A DNA stretch of 64,000 nt. Origin: an uncultured Mollicutes bacterium (GTDB taxonomy: Bacteria > Bacillota_I > Bacilli_A > UBA3375). Below the pieces are notes generated by a model that was not told the DNA's origin, made no database searches, and saw nothing but the letters and a program-made list of their open reading frames with translations. Below, one piece after another: positions 39,978 through 48,711 of this stretch (positions within the stretch are counted from its first letter, which is position 1; every line of letters begins with the position of its first letter). A program made the translations under genes and the position numbers. The stretch covers positions 5,813-69,812 of the forward strand of contig UWSE01000001.1 of NCBI GenBank assembly GCA_900551955.1, in the 5' to 3' direction.

Positions 39978-41045
39978 TTATTTTTTAATTAGTTTTTTAA
40001 AAAACTTAGTAAAATAAGCATATTTTCCTGATAACAAATAGAATTTTTCGATAATAATTATTGAAAATAAGATTAAAATGATAAAGATTAAAAACTTAAC
40101 TGGGGTTGGTACAAAAGAAATTAAAATTGAGCCAATTGCATAAAAGCCCATGATAATATAAATAGTCAATACTGCTTGTTTAGCACTATACCCCTTTTTC
40201 ATCAAACGGTGATGAAAGTGAAGAGCATCAGCTTTAAATACACTATCACCATTGACTTTACGACGAATAAATGCTAGTGCTGTATCAAACAATGGTAAGA
40301 AAGCAATTAACCCTATTACTAATAACATTGTAAAAGTAACACTCTTATATTGACTTATAGATAAGGCAGATACATAAAAACCAATTAGCATACTTCCACC
40401 ATCACCTAAAAAGATTTTAGCTGGATTAAAGTTAAAGATTAAGAATCCTATTAAAACACCAATTAGGATCATCGTTATACCTAAACTAGAAAAGTCATAA
40501 CGAATACAACTTACCATCATGATAGTAAAGATTGAGATAATTCCACTACCAGTACATAGTCCATCTAATCCATCAATGAGATTAAATGCATTAATTAAAA
40601 CTACAAACCACACTGCATTAAACATTACTCCCCAAAATGGAGAGAAGTTAATTATAATTGATCCAATTTGGATTGATTCAATCCCACCTAAAGCATATGA
40701 AATATAGATCGAAATTAAGATTTGCATAAATAATTTTACGATCGCTTTCATATCGATAATATCATCAATTGTTCCTAATATAACAATCATTAATGAAGCT
40801 AGGAACAATTGATGGGTTAAACGATTATCAACACTACTTGGATTTAAAAAAAATAGAATATTAGCACCTAAAAAGACACTAATCCCCCCCAATAATGCTG
40901 TTGGTTTAGTATGTTGTTTACGCCCCTTAGGTACATCAACGATATTTAATTTTAAGGCAATTACGCGAATAATTGGCACAATTATTAGCATAATTAAGAT
41001 TCCTAATATTAGTAACGGTAATTCACTAATGATTTTATTTACCAT
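39978..41045 (-). CDS. tagO: Undecaprenyl-phosphate N-acetylhexosamine-1-phosphate transferase (GT4, WecA/TagO-like)
   Basis: 355 aa and polytopic, with the motifs RKQHTKPTALLGG, IDDIIDM, NAFNLIDGLDGL, FLGDGGS and HFHHRL. These are WecA/TagO-type rather than MraY-type. Confidence 0.8.
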   Translation of the reverse strand: MVNKIISELPLLILGILIMLIIVPIIRVIALKLNIVDVPKGRKQHTKPTALLGGISVFLGANILFFLNPSSVDNRLTHQLFLASLMIVILGTIDDIIDMKAIVKLFMQILISIYISYALGGIESIQIGSIIINFSPFWGVMFNAVWFVVLINAFNLIDGLDGLCTGSGIISIFTIMMVSCIRYDFSSLGITMILIGVLIGFLIFNFNPAKIFLGDGGSMLIGFYVSALSISQYKSVTFTMLLVIGLIAFLPLFDTALAFIRRKVNGDSVFKADALHFHHRLMKKGYSAKQAVLTIYIIMGFYAIGSILISFVPTPVKFLIFIILILFSIIIIEKFYLLSGKYAYFTKFFKKLIKK

Positions 41046-42192
41046 TTTTGCTTCCTTTAATTGCTAAAACATTAGTATCGATACTAAATGTTTTTTGTTT
41101 TTTGGCAAAGAATATGTTTATTGCTTCTTCAATTAAACTATTTAATAATTCAGTATAGCTAACACCTTTAGGTTCCCATAAATAGAATGCTAAAGAACCT
41201 GGGATATTATTAACTTCATTTAAATAAACAGTATCATTAACTAACATAAAGTCTATACGAATAATTCCTTGCACGTTTAGTGCTAGGAATGCTTCTTTAG
41301 AAATACTTTCTAATTTTTGTTTAACACTGTCTGTAATATCAGCTTGAATTTGACGGGCTAAAGAAGCCATTCCACTACTTTTATCACCTTTAGCATTTTG
41401 TAAATATTTATCTTCATAACTTAGAATTTCATCATTTTTTCTTACTTCTTCAATGCAAGATAATTCAAAGTTATTGTAGTTTCCTTTTAATGAAATATTT
41501 AACTCTCTAAAGTCAGTTAAATATTCTTCAATAACTACTTTTTGATCATATGTAAAACTACTATCTAATTTGGCTTCTAACATACTTTCATCTTCAATGA
41601 CTTCAATCCCAACACTACTTCCTAAACTAGCAGGTTTGACAATCACTGGATAACCCATCTCTTGTGTAATACGGTTATTAATAGCATCATAACTTTCATT
41701 GTCATATGCCCAAATATATTTAGTTTGACTAATGTTATGGGCCTTTAAAATATCTTTCATCACTGCTTTGTCTTGACCAATTGCCCCACTTAAAACATTA
41801 GGACCAACAACTGGCACATCAAACATATTAACAAATCCAGATAATGTTCCATCTTCTACATTAGTACCATGCACAATTAAAAATAAAATATCTATACTAG
41901 CGACAATATTTTTCTTAAACACATTACCTTTAGAACGTTTAACAATAACTTGATTGTCCCCTTTTTCAAGATAAACTTCATAAGCATCACTAGTTGCTTT
42001 GTTTAAATCTTTAAAAGTATCAATATTTAAAAATGATTCATCACTATAAAATTTATTATCTTTACTAATATAAATTGGTAATACATCATATTGATTACGA
42101 TCAATATGTTCCATAGCTTGTAATGCACTAATAATACTTATTTCATGCTCAACACTTTTCCCTCCAAACAAAACACCTATTTTTTGACGCAT
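41035..42192 (-). CDS. ddl: D-alanine--D-alanine ligase
   Basis: 385 aa with an ATP-grasp fold. The N-terminus is GVLFGGKSVEHEISI and the C-terminus is LNEVNNIPGSL. Confidence 0.93.
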   Translation of the reverse strand: MRQKIGVLFGGKSVEHEISIISALQAMEHIDRNQYDVLPIYISKDNKFYSDESFLNIDTFKDLNKATSDAYEVYLEKGDNQVIVKRSKGNVFKKNIVASIDILFLIVHGTNVEDGTLSGFVNMFDVPVVGPNVLSGAIGQDKAVMKDILKAHNISQTKYIWAYDNESYDAINNRITQEMGYPVIVKPASLGSSVGIEVIEDESMLEAKLDSSFTYDQKVVIEEYLTDFRELNISLKGNYNNFELSCIEEVRKNDEILSYEDKYLQNAKGDKSSGMASLARQIQADITDSVKQKLESISKEAFLALNVQGIIRIDFMLVNDTVYLNEVNNIPGSLAFYLWEPKGVSYTELLNSLIEEAINIFFAKKQKTFSIDTNVLAIKGSKNGK

Positions 42193-42204
42193 AATTCCTC
42201 CTAA

Positions 42205-43842
42205 TTAATTATTAAATTTATCCGGTAAATCATTAGCAACTAGTATGACTTTATCTTCATCAATACTAATCGCATTATGATAAGCTTCTAAGAAATTATC
42301 ATATTTCTTAACTCGTTTCAAATCAAAATCCGTTTGTTTAATTCCATCAATAATATCTTGATAATTATAATCACCAACAATCATTACTTGATCAACATAT
42401 TTAGTTAAATACATCCCTAAATCATGGTGAATTTTTTTACTAATGTTTCCTAAATCAATTAATCCTGGGGTAATTAAGATTCTTTTTTTATCTTGATATT
42501 GACCTAAGATATAAATTGACTCTTTAATTCCTACTTCATTAGCATTAAATGCATCATCAATCATAATTGTTTTATTGTTAACACGTTTTAATTCTAAACG
42601 ATTCTTAACTGGTGCTAGACGCTTGATCACACTAATAATATCATCAATACTATATCCTAAATGATCTGCTAATAAGATAGCAGCCATGATATTTTCAACA
42701 TTATGGCGCCCTAGCAATTTAGTGCTACAACTATATGTTTGTTTATGTAACTTAAACTTGAATTCCATACACTGTTCTTGATATTTGATATCAAATCCAT
42801 AAATATCACAACTATCATCTTGTAATGAATATGTTAAAACTTTCACATCATTTTTGATTTGATAGTTTCTAATATATTCATTATCATAGTTAATAATTCC
42901 CAATCCATTGGTTGGTAAACCTTCGATTAATTCCATCTTCGTTTTTGTAACGTTTTCAATACTTTTAAACGTTTCTAAGTGTTGGTGACCAACACTTGTA
43001 ACAATTCCATATTTTGGTTTAACTAAATTGACCAACTCTCTAATCTCACCTGGCTTGTATGCTCCCATTTCAGCCACAAAATATCGATAAAGATTACTTA
43101 ACTCTTTATCAATTGTCATTGTAAGGCCCATTGGTGTGTTATAACTAGCTGGACTAATTAAAGTCGGTTGTTTTTTAGCTAAAATACTACCAACAATATT
43201 TTTTGTACTAGTTTTTCCAAAACTACCTGTAATTCCAATAATTTCTAAATTAGGAATTTTAGCTAATTTATTTTTTGCCAATTTTTTATAGTGGTTGCGA
43301 ACCATCATTTCAATTGGCGCATTAATTGTATTAGCTAAAATTACTAAAATAAAAATTAAATAAACAACTAGCACAAATGTTATATATAAGTATAAATAGA
43401 AATTTAATGATAAAAAGTCAAATCCATAATTGTATAAAGCAAAAATTACACTACCAAAAATTAATATAACTAATAATGATAAGGTAATTAATAAACGTTT
43501 AACACGACTAGTAATTTTTAATTTAAGTTTTTGATCATAACGTTTAGCGTTAAGATTATAAAAACGTAAATTATAATAGCCAAAGAAAAACATAATAAAT
43601 AAACTTAAAGCTACATAACTTGGTTTAAATAACAAAATAATTGGAGCAATTAATAAACATAATTCATTAATCCCATAACTATATTTGTAGTTTTCTTTCA
43701 TGTATGTAAACATGCGTTTAGCACTATAAGCACCTTGTTGAAAAACTAACAATGCTTTGTTAGTTTTAAAATAAAGATATAACACATTTAGGACTAAAAC
43801 CATAGATACAATTACCATGGCTAAGATTATTTCTATTATCAT
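42205..43842 (-). CDS. murF: MurF-type Mur ligase (UDP-MurNAc-tripeptide--D-Ala-D-Ala ligase-like) with an N-terminal multi-TM domain
   Basis: 545 aa. Residues 1 to about 175 form about five hydrophobic helices. They are followed by the P-loop GITGSFGKTSTKN (residues 203-215), the motifs HNVENIMAAILLA and DDAFNANEVG, and the C-terminal domain PGLIDLG. The ddl-murF adjacency matches other Firmicutes. Confidence 0.8.
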   Translation of the reverse strand: MIIEIILAMVIVSMVLVLNVLYLYFKTNKALLVFQQGAYSAKRMFTYMKENYKYSYGINELCLLIAPIILLFKPSYVALSLFIMFFFGYYNLRFYNLNAKRYDQKLKLKITSRVKRLLITLSLLVILIFGSVIFALYNYGFDFLSLNFYLYLYITFVLVVYLIFILVILANTINAPIEMMVRNHYKKLAKNKLAKIPNLEIIGITGSFGKTSTKNIVGSILAKKQPTLISPASYNTPMGLTMTIDKELSNLYRYFVAEMGAYKPGEIRELVNLVKPKYGIVTSVGHQHLETFKSIENVTKTKMELIEGLPTNGLGIINYDNEYIRNYQIKNDVKVLTYSLQDDSCDIYGFDIKYQEQCMEFKFKLHKQTYSCSTKLLGRHNVENIMAAILLADHLGYSIDDIISVIKRLAPVKNRLELKRVNNKTIMIDDAFNANEVGIKESIYILGQYQDKKRILITPGLIDLGNISKKIHHDLGMYLTKYVDQVMIVGDYNYQDIIDGIKQTDFDLKRVKKYDNFLEAYHNAISIDEDKVILVANDLPDKFNN

Positions 43843-43854
43843 AATATCATTATT

Positions 43855-43863
43855 ATTATACCA
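43855..43863 (-). promoter_or_regulatory. Extended -10 promoter element (TGgTATAAT) 12 nt upstream of the murF ATG
   Basis: The reverse complement reads tggtataataataatgatattATG, with no SD between the -10 and the start codon. Confidence 0.45.
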
Positions 43864-43875
43864 TAAAATAAGTAA

Positions 43876-43904
43876 TAAAAAATGAGTAGATTTTTCTACT
43901 CATC
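43876..43904 (-). terminator. Rho-independent terminator downstream of tRNA-Leu
   Basis: The stem atgagtag / ctactcat is followed by a T-run on the minus strand. Confidence 0.7.
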
Positions 43905-43918
43905 TCCTTTATTTTTAA

Positions 43919-44003
43919 TGGTATCGCAGGTGGGACTTGAACCCACACGGTTAAAAACCATGAGATTTTGAGTCTCACGTGTCTGCCATTCCACCACTGC
44001 GAC
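43919..44003 (-). tRNA. tRNA-Leu (anticodon CAA), type II with a long variable arm and an encoded CCA
   Basis: I folded the minus-strand sequence gtcgcag-tg-gtggaatggcagacac-g-tgaga-ctCAAaa-tctca-tggtttttaacc-gtgggttcaagtcccac-ctgcgat-a-cca by hand. The acceptor, D, anticodon, variable and T arms all pair. Confidence 0.9.
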
Positions 44004-44045
44004 ATTTTCATACTTATTATAGCATTATAGTATGAAAATATCAAT

Positions 44046-44369
44046 TTATTGTTCTACTACTACCGCTGTACCAGTTAAATAAAACTCTGCAGCACCACCT
44101 GCGATAGCTGTCGTATTAACTTTAATTCCAACAATCCCATTAGCTCCCATTTGTTGAGCCATATTCATCATTTTTTGCATTGCTGTTTGGGTAGTTGACT
44201 CAATCAACTCTTCATAAGCGTTTAATGTCCCACCTACCATATTTTTAAATCCAGCACCCATATCTTTAAATCCATTACGTGCTTGGACAGATCCACCATA
44301 AACAAACCCAACATAACGCACTTTACTATTATCTATTCCTGGAATAGTTTCTGTTGTTGATAAAAACAT
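44046..44369 (-). CDS. YbjQ-family protein (UPF0145)
   Basis: The ATG at 44367-44369 follows a strong RBS (aggagg). The protein is 107 aa, with GANGIVGIKV and an overall YbjQ-like pattern. Confidence 0.8.
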   Translation of the reverse strand: MFLSTTETIPGIDNSKVRYVGFVYGGSVQARNGFKDMGAGFKNMVGGTLNAYEELIESTTQTAMQKMMNMAQQMGANGIVGIKVNTTAIAGGAAEFYLTGTAVVVEQ

Positions 44370-44390
44370 CTTGCCTCCTAATATGGTTTT

Positions 44391-44399
44391 ATTATAACA
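44391..44399 (-). promoter_or_regulatory. Extended -10 promoter element (TGtTATAAT) for the ybjQ-like gene
   Basis: The reverse complement reads tgttataat, upstream of aggaggcaagATG. Confidence 0.45.
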
Positions 44400-44426
44400 C
44401 AATTTTATATTAGCTTAATAGTAAAA

Positions 44427-44435
44427 TGTTATAAT
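44427..44435 (+). promoter_or_regulatory. Extended -10 promoter element (TGtTATAAT) only 6 nt upstream of the rarA ATG
   Basis: The sequence is tgttataat-aaaggt-ATG. Confidence 0.45.
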
Positions 44436-44441
44436 AAAGGT

Positions 44442-45605
44442 ATGTTTAAAGACTTTATCGGACAAAGCTTTTTAGTCGATAAAAATACAGGTATTTTAAC
44501 TAAAATGATTACAACTAAAAAGTATTATTCTTTTATTTTATATGCACCGGTCGGATGGGGGAAAACAACTTTAGCCCATCTTTTTCTTGATGAAATTGAT
44601 GCTAAATATTTAAGTGTTAATGCTTGTAATACAAGCTTAAAAGAATTAAAAGATATTCTAAATAATGTTCGTCAATATCCTGATTATTGGTTAATTATTG
44701 ATGAAATTCATCGTCTTGATAAACAACAGCAAAACTTGTTGTTGCCTTATCTAGACATGAATTTAAAAATCATTGGTACCACTAGTGAAAATCCTAATCG
44801 AACTTTAAATCAAGCTTTACGTAGTCGAATTGTCACATTTAAATTTAAACCGCTAACTAATGAAGAATACTTAGCTGGCATCAATCATTATTTTTCTAAT
44901 ACTTCTTATCAAGTTTGGGATGATCAATTAATTAAGATGTTAGGAAAAATTACAAATCATGACATTCGTAGTAGTTATAATATGATTAACATGATTTGTG
45001 ATAATTATAGTCATGATGAAATTAATATTGAATTGTTAAACAACTTATTTGATCAACAATTCAATATCAACTATTCTGATAGTTATCATTATGATCTAAT
45101 TAGTTGTTTACAAAAATCAATTAGAGCTAGTGATGTTAATGCCAGCATCTTTTATCTAGGATGTTTAATCAAAGCAGATGATCTAGATGCAATTATTCGT
45201 CGTCTAGGAATAATCGCTTATGAAGATGTTGGACTTGCAAATAGTAATTTATGTGCCAAAACAATTAATGCTCTAGATTATGCCCAATCAATTGGTCTAC
45301 CTGAAGCGCGCATAATCTTGGCTAATATTGTTATTGAATTAGCTATTTCACCTAAATCACGTAGTGCTTATAGTGCCATTAATAATGTCCTAAGCACAAT
45401 TGATGATAAAGATTTTAGTTTACCAGAACAACTAACTAATCAATTTAAATATGATATGGAAGCTAGTTATACTCATAACAATCTACCTAAAAACATACAA
45501 CATTTAAAATTTTATCAACCAAACACTAATTCACGATACGAACAAGCATTAGCTGATCGTTATCAAGAATTAGTAAAAATGCACGAAGATGATTATGAAT
45601 CATAA
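44442..45605 (+). CDS. rarA: Replication-associated recombination protein A (MgsA/RarA AAA+ ATPase)
   Basis: 387 aa with a divergent Walker A (APVGWGKTTLA), Walker B IIDEIHR and the MgsA C-terminal domain (KSIRASD...RRLGIIAYEDVGLA...PKS). Confidence 0.85.
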   Translation: MFKDFIGQSFLVDKNTGILTKMITTKKYYSFILYAPVGWGKTTLAHLFLDEIDAKYLSVNACNTSLKELKDILNNVRQYPDYWLIIDEIHRLDKQQQNLLLPYLDMNLKIIGTTSENPNRTLNQALRSRIVTFKFKPLTNEEYLAGINHYFSNTSYQVWDDQLIKMLGKITNHDIRSSYNMINMICDNYSHDEINIELLNNLFDQQFNINYSDSYHYDLISCLQKSIRASDVNASIFYLGCLIKADDLDAIIRRLGIIAYEDVGLANSNLCAKTINALDYAQSIGLPEARIILANIVIELAISPKSRSAYSAINNVLSTIDDKDFSLPEQLTNQFKYDMEASYTHNNLPKNIQHLKFYQPNTNSRYEQALADRYQELVKMHEDDYES

Positions 45606-46704
45606 TTTAGTAGAATTTAATCAAGAAATTAAAGATTATCTTGATCAACATCTATATGAAGATATAAGTTTTTGGGTAGATTATAGTCAATTAGACAACT
45701 TTAAACCGTTAGGATTTAAGGTTGTTAATAAATCTGGTAAAAGTTTTGAGATTAAGCGTAATGGTCTAAACCCTTATGCTTTTTCTGATAATAATAAACG
45801 TTATCAAACCTTGGAATATTATTATCAACATACATTTAATACCCGCATCGCTAAAGTAGCAATTAATGCTGGTTTTACTTGCCCTAATATTGATGGAGCA
45901 AAAAGCTTCAACGGTTGTAGTTTTTGCTCGATTAAAGGAAGTGGAGATTTTGCAGGAAACCCAATTGAAAGTCTAAAACAACAATGGGATAATGGTTATC
46001 AACGCGGAATTAAGAAATGGTCTAGAGCTAAATTTATTGCCTATTTCCAAGCATTTAGTAATACTTATGCACCACTTGAGGTATTAAAAGAAAAATATGA
46101 TTTCTTTATTAATATGGAGGATTGTTTTGGTATAAGTATTGCAACTCGTGCTGATTGTTTAGAGGAAGAAACTGTTGCTTATTTGGCAGAGTTAAATAAG
46201 ATTAAACCAATCTGGGTGGAAGTCGGTTTACAAACGATGCATGATCGCACTAGTGAAATAATTAATCGCGCACATACCTTAGAAGAATTTGAAGATGGAA
46301 TAAACCTTTTAAAAAAATACAATATCAATACTATTATTCATATCATCAATGGACTTCCAGGAGAGACATATGATATGATGCTAGATACAGCTAAGTATGT
46401 TGCTAACCTTAATGTCCATGGCATCAAAATTCATTTACTTCATGTAACTAGTGATACTAGATTAGTTAATCAATTAAACAATGGTTTCTTAAAATTAATG
46501 GATGAAGATGAATACATAAAGTTAGTATGCGAGCAATTAACTTATTTACCACCTAAAATGGTGATTCACCGTTTAACCGGTGATGCACCACTTCACCTTT
46601 TTATTGGTCCGGTTTGGAGCAAGAAAAAGGTCAATGTCTTAAATAAAATCGATAAGTATTTACAAGAACATAATATGTATCAAGGAATGAATTATGAAGA
46701 TTAA
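45589..46704 (+). CDS. Radical SAM protein, TIGR01212 (YtqA) family
   Basis: 371 aa with the cluster motif CPNIDGAKSFNGCSFCS. It is adjacent to a ytqB/mnmM homologue, as in Bacillus. There is an N-terminal extension of about 50 aa relative to my expectation for the family. Confidence 0.85.
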   Translation: MIMNHNLVEFNQEIKDYLDQHLYEDISFWVDYSQLDNFKPLGFKVVNKSGKSFEIKRNGLNPYAFSDNNKRYQTLEYYYQHTFNTRIAKVAINAGFTCPNIDGAKSFNGCSFCSIKGSGDFAGNPIESLKQQWDNGYQRGIKKWSRAKFIAYFQAFSNTYAPLEVLKEKYDFFINMEDCFGISIATRADCLEEETVAYLAELNKIKPIWVEVGLQTMHDRTSEIINRAHTLEEFEDGINLLKKYNINTIIHIINGLPGETYDMMLDTAKYVANLNVHGIKIHLLHVTSDTRLVNQLNNGFLKLMDEDEYIKLVCEQLTYLPPKMVIHRLTGDAPLHLFIGPVWSKKKVNVLNKIDKYLQEHNMYQGMNYED

Positions 46705-47233
46705 AAATTTAAATCAAGTGATGCATCACTTTGCACATCAATTTGTCACTGATGATACTTTAATCATTAATGCAACTTGCGGCAATGGTAATGATACCTA
46801 CTTTTTAGCAAGTAATTTTGCTAATGATGTTATTGCTATAGATATACAAAAACACGCAATTGACAATACTAAGAAGCGATGTAGCGAATTTAACAATATT
46901 GAGTATCATCTTTTTGACCATCAAAACATTAACACTATTATTGATAAACCGATAAGTTTTGCTGTCTTTAACTTAGGCTATCTTCCTCATAGTGAGTCTA
47001 ATTTAACAACTATTGCTAATAGTAGTATTAAAGCAATTGTTAGTATTTTAGAAAAACTTATAAGTGGTGGAGGGATTGTGATCAGTATTTATACTAATCA
47101 CGATCACCACCAAGAAGAACAACAACTTCTTCCTTTCTTATCAACGTTAGATAAACACCAGTATTTAGTCATGAACTATAAATTTATCAACTTAGAAGAG
47201 GCACCATATTTAGTAATTATTGAAAAGAAATAA
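46694..47233 (+). CDS. mnmM: Class I SAM-dependent methyltransferase, YtqB/MnmM family (tRNA mnm5s2U34 methyltransferase)
   Basis: 179 aa with the motif NATCGNGNDTYFLA, and ytqA-ytqB synteny. Confidence 0.75.
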   Translation: MKIKNLNQVMHHFAHQFVTDDTLIINATCGNGNDTYFLASNFANDVIAIDIQKHAIDNTKKRCSEFNNIEYHLFDHQNINTIIDKPISFAVFNLGYLPHSESNLTTIANSSIKAIVSILEKLISGGGIVISIYTNHDHHQEEQQLLPFLSTLDKHQYLVMNYKFINLEEAPYLVIIEKK

Positions 47234-47260
47234 AGTGTTTAGCAGATGCTAAACACTTTT
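47232..47260. terminator. Bidirectional terminator between the convergent mnmM and flippase genes
   Basis: The stem aaagtgtttagc / gctaaacacttt has an agat loop and T-rich flanks. Confidence 0.7.
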
Positions 47261-48703
47261 GCTTTTACGATTAAATTTTAAACTTCCAACACTTTGATAT
47301 AACTTAAATACTAAGTAAGCTAAAATAACTACGATAACAATTTCAAAGATCCAATATTTTAATCCTAAATAATATAATAAGATCACAATACTCATTACTA
47401 ATAAACCTATACTGGCGCATTTAATATTAGTTACTGATAATAAGTTATTAAAAAATAAAATTATACTATTTATAATTGTCGCTACTACTACTGCTGTTAA
47501 CAAATTCGGTATTAAGTTAGCACAAACAACAAAGATCATAAACGCAACAATAAAATTAAATAATGTTTTAATAGCATAACGAGATTGCATTTTAATCATT
47601 AATAAATTATCTAATACTAATTGGACAGTTATATAAGTTGGAATCATCACTACTAGTTGTTGAGATAAAGATAAAGCATGAGAATACTCAATAAACTTCG
47701 TTGCCATATCTTCAATCCCAAAACTAGTGATATGCATATTTGCTATCCATTGACACAAATATAGTGCCCCAGGAACAATGATGTATGAGAAAATACAAAT
47801 TAATAAGAAGATTCCTAACATCATATACATAGAAAATAAAAAGATACTACGATTATCCATCTTCTCATCAATTTTTACAAAGATTACATCTTTAAATGGC
47901 ATAATAATTTGATAAATTATTCCAAAAAAGAATAATGCTTGAGTATATAAACCTAGGTTGATTGGATCTTTAGATAAAAACATTTTATCTAAAGAATAAA
48001 TTAAAATTACTAACCAGTTACCGAACAATAAAAATAATCCTTTTTTAAAGTGGCGATTTGCAGGTAACTGTTCATCAGCAAAGTTACTAATTTGAGGTCC
48101 ATATTTTTTCTTAAATACATAATATAGATATCCTAAAAATAAGGTTCTAAACACAGCATCACTTAACATAAACCATATCATTAAATGCGGTGAACGATTA
48201 AAGATTAAAACTGGTATCACCATTATAAAATAATATGATTTGTTAAAGGCATCGATAATTGAAATATTTTTAAAATCTTTTAATGAAATAAAGATTGCAC
48301 GAAAATTATCAATTAAAGTTTGTGGTAACACGGTAATTAATGCTAAATTAATAATAATCGTCAAATGTTGACCTAACTTTAAAATTTGAAGATAACTTAA
48401 TAGATTAAAAATTACTAAACTAAAGATACAAATAATCACTTGGCGTTTAGATATAAACGCTAAGTCTTTGGCAACACTTTTAATATTTAATTTTCCATCA
48501 TCTTCCCGATAATTAATTAATAACCCATCAGGATAACCAAAAGATAGAATCATAAATTGCATCACAAACGTGATAAATAACGTATATGTTCCATATTGAG
48601 CTTGAGATAAAAATCCCAGCAATAACAATCCACCAAGTCCGCCAAAGACGGAACTTAATAGGTTGGTAAAATAAAACAACTTAATTTGTTTCGCTTCACC
48701 CAT
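47249..48703 (-). CDS. Polytopic membrane protein, probable MOP-superfamily oligosaccharide/polysaccharide flippase (Wzx-like)
   Basis: 484 aa with about 12-14 TM segments. The N-terminal pattern (NLLSSVFGGLGGLLLLGFLSQAQYGTY) is typical of polysaccharide biosynthesis flippases. The family call is tentative. Confidence 0.5.
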   Translation of the reverse strand: MGEAKQIKLFYFTNLLSSVFGGLGGLLLLGFLSQAQYGTYTLFITFVMQFMILSFGYPDGLLINYREDDGKLNIKSVAKDLAFISKRQVIICIFSLVIFNLLSYLQILKLGQHLTIIINLALITVLPQTLIDNFRAIFISLKDFKNISIIDAFNKSYYFIMVIPVLIFNRSPHLMIWFMLSDAVFRTLFLGYLYYVFKKKYGPQISNFADEQLPANRHFKKGLFLLFGNWLVILIYSLDKMFLSKDPINLGLYTQALFFFGIIYQIIMPFKDVIFVKIDEKMDNRSIFLFSMYMMLGIFLLICIFSYIIVPGALYLCQWIANMHITSFGIEDMATKFIEYSHALSLSQQLVVMIPTYITVQLVLDNLLMIKMQSRYAIKTLFNFIVAFMIFVVCANLIPNLLTAVVVATIINSIILFFNNLLSVTNIKCASIGLLVMSIVILLYYLGLKYWIFEIVIVVILAYLVFKLYQSVGSLKFNRKSKSV

Positions 48704-48711
48704 AACTACTC

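Noticed and set aside
39978-41045. Calling the GT4 polytopic transferase next to ddl-murF as MraY
   Set aside because: The diagnostic motifs are WecA/TagO-type (RKQHTKPTALLGG, HFHHRL) rather than MraY-type (K.GTPTMGG, PIHHHFE), so it is annotated as WecA/TagO-like.
43856-44044. 62-aa ORF from the track (MIFSYYNAIISMKMSQWWNG...)
   Set aside because: It is read straight through the tRNA-Leu(CAA) gene and its terminator on the same strand. It has no RBS, and the composition is dictated by the tRNA sequence. It is spurious.
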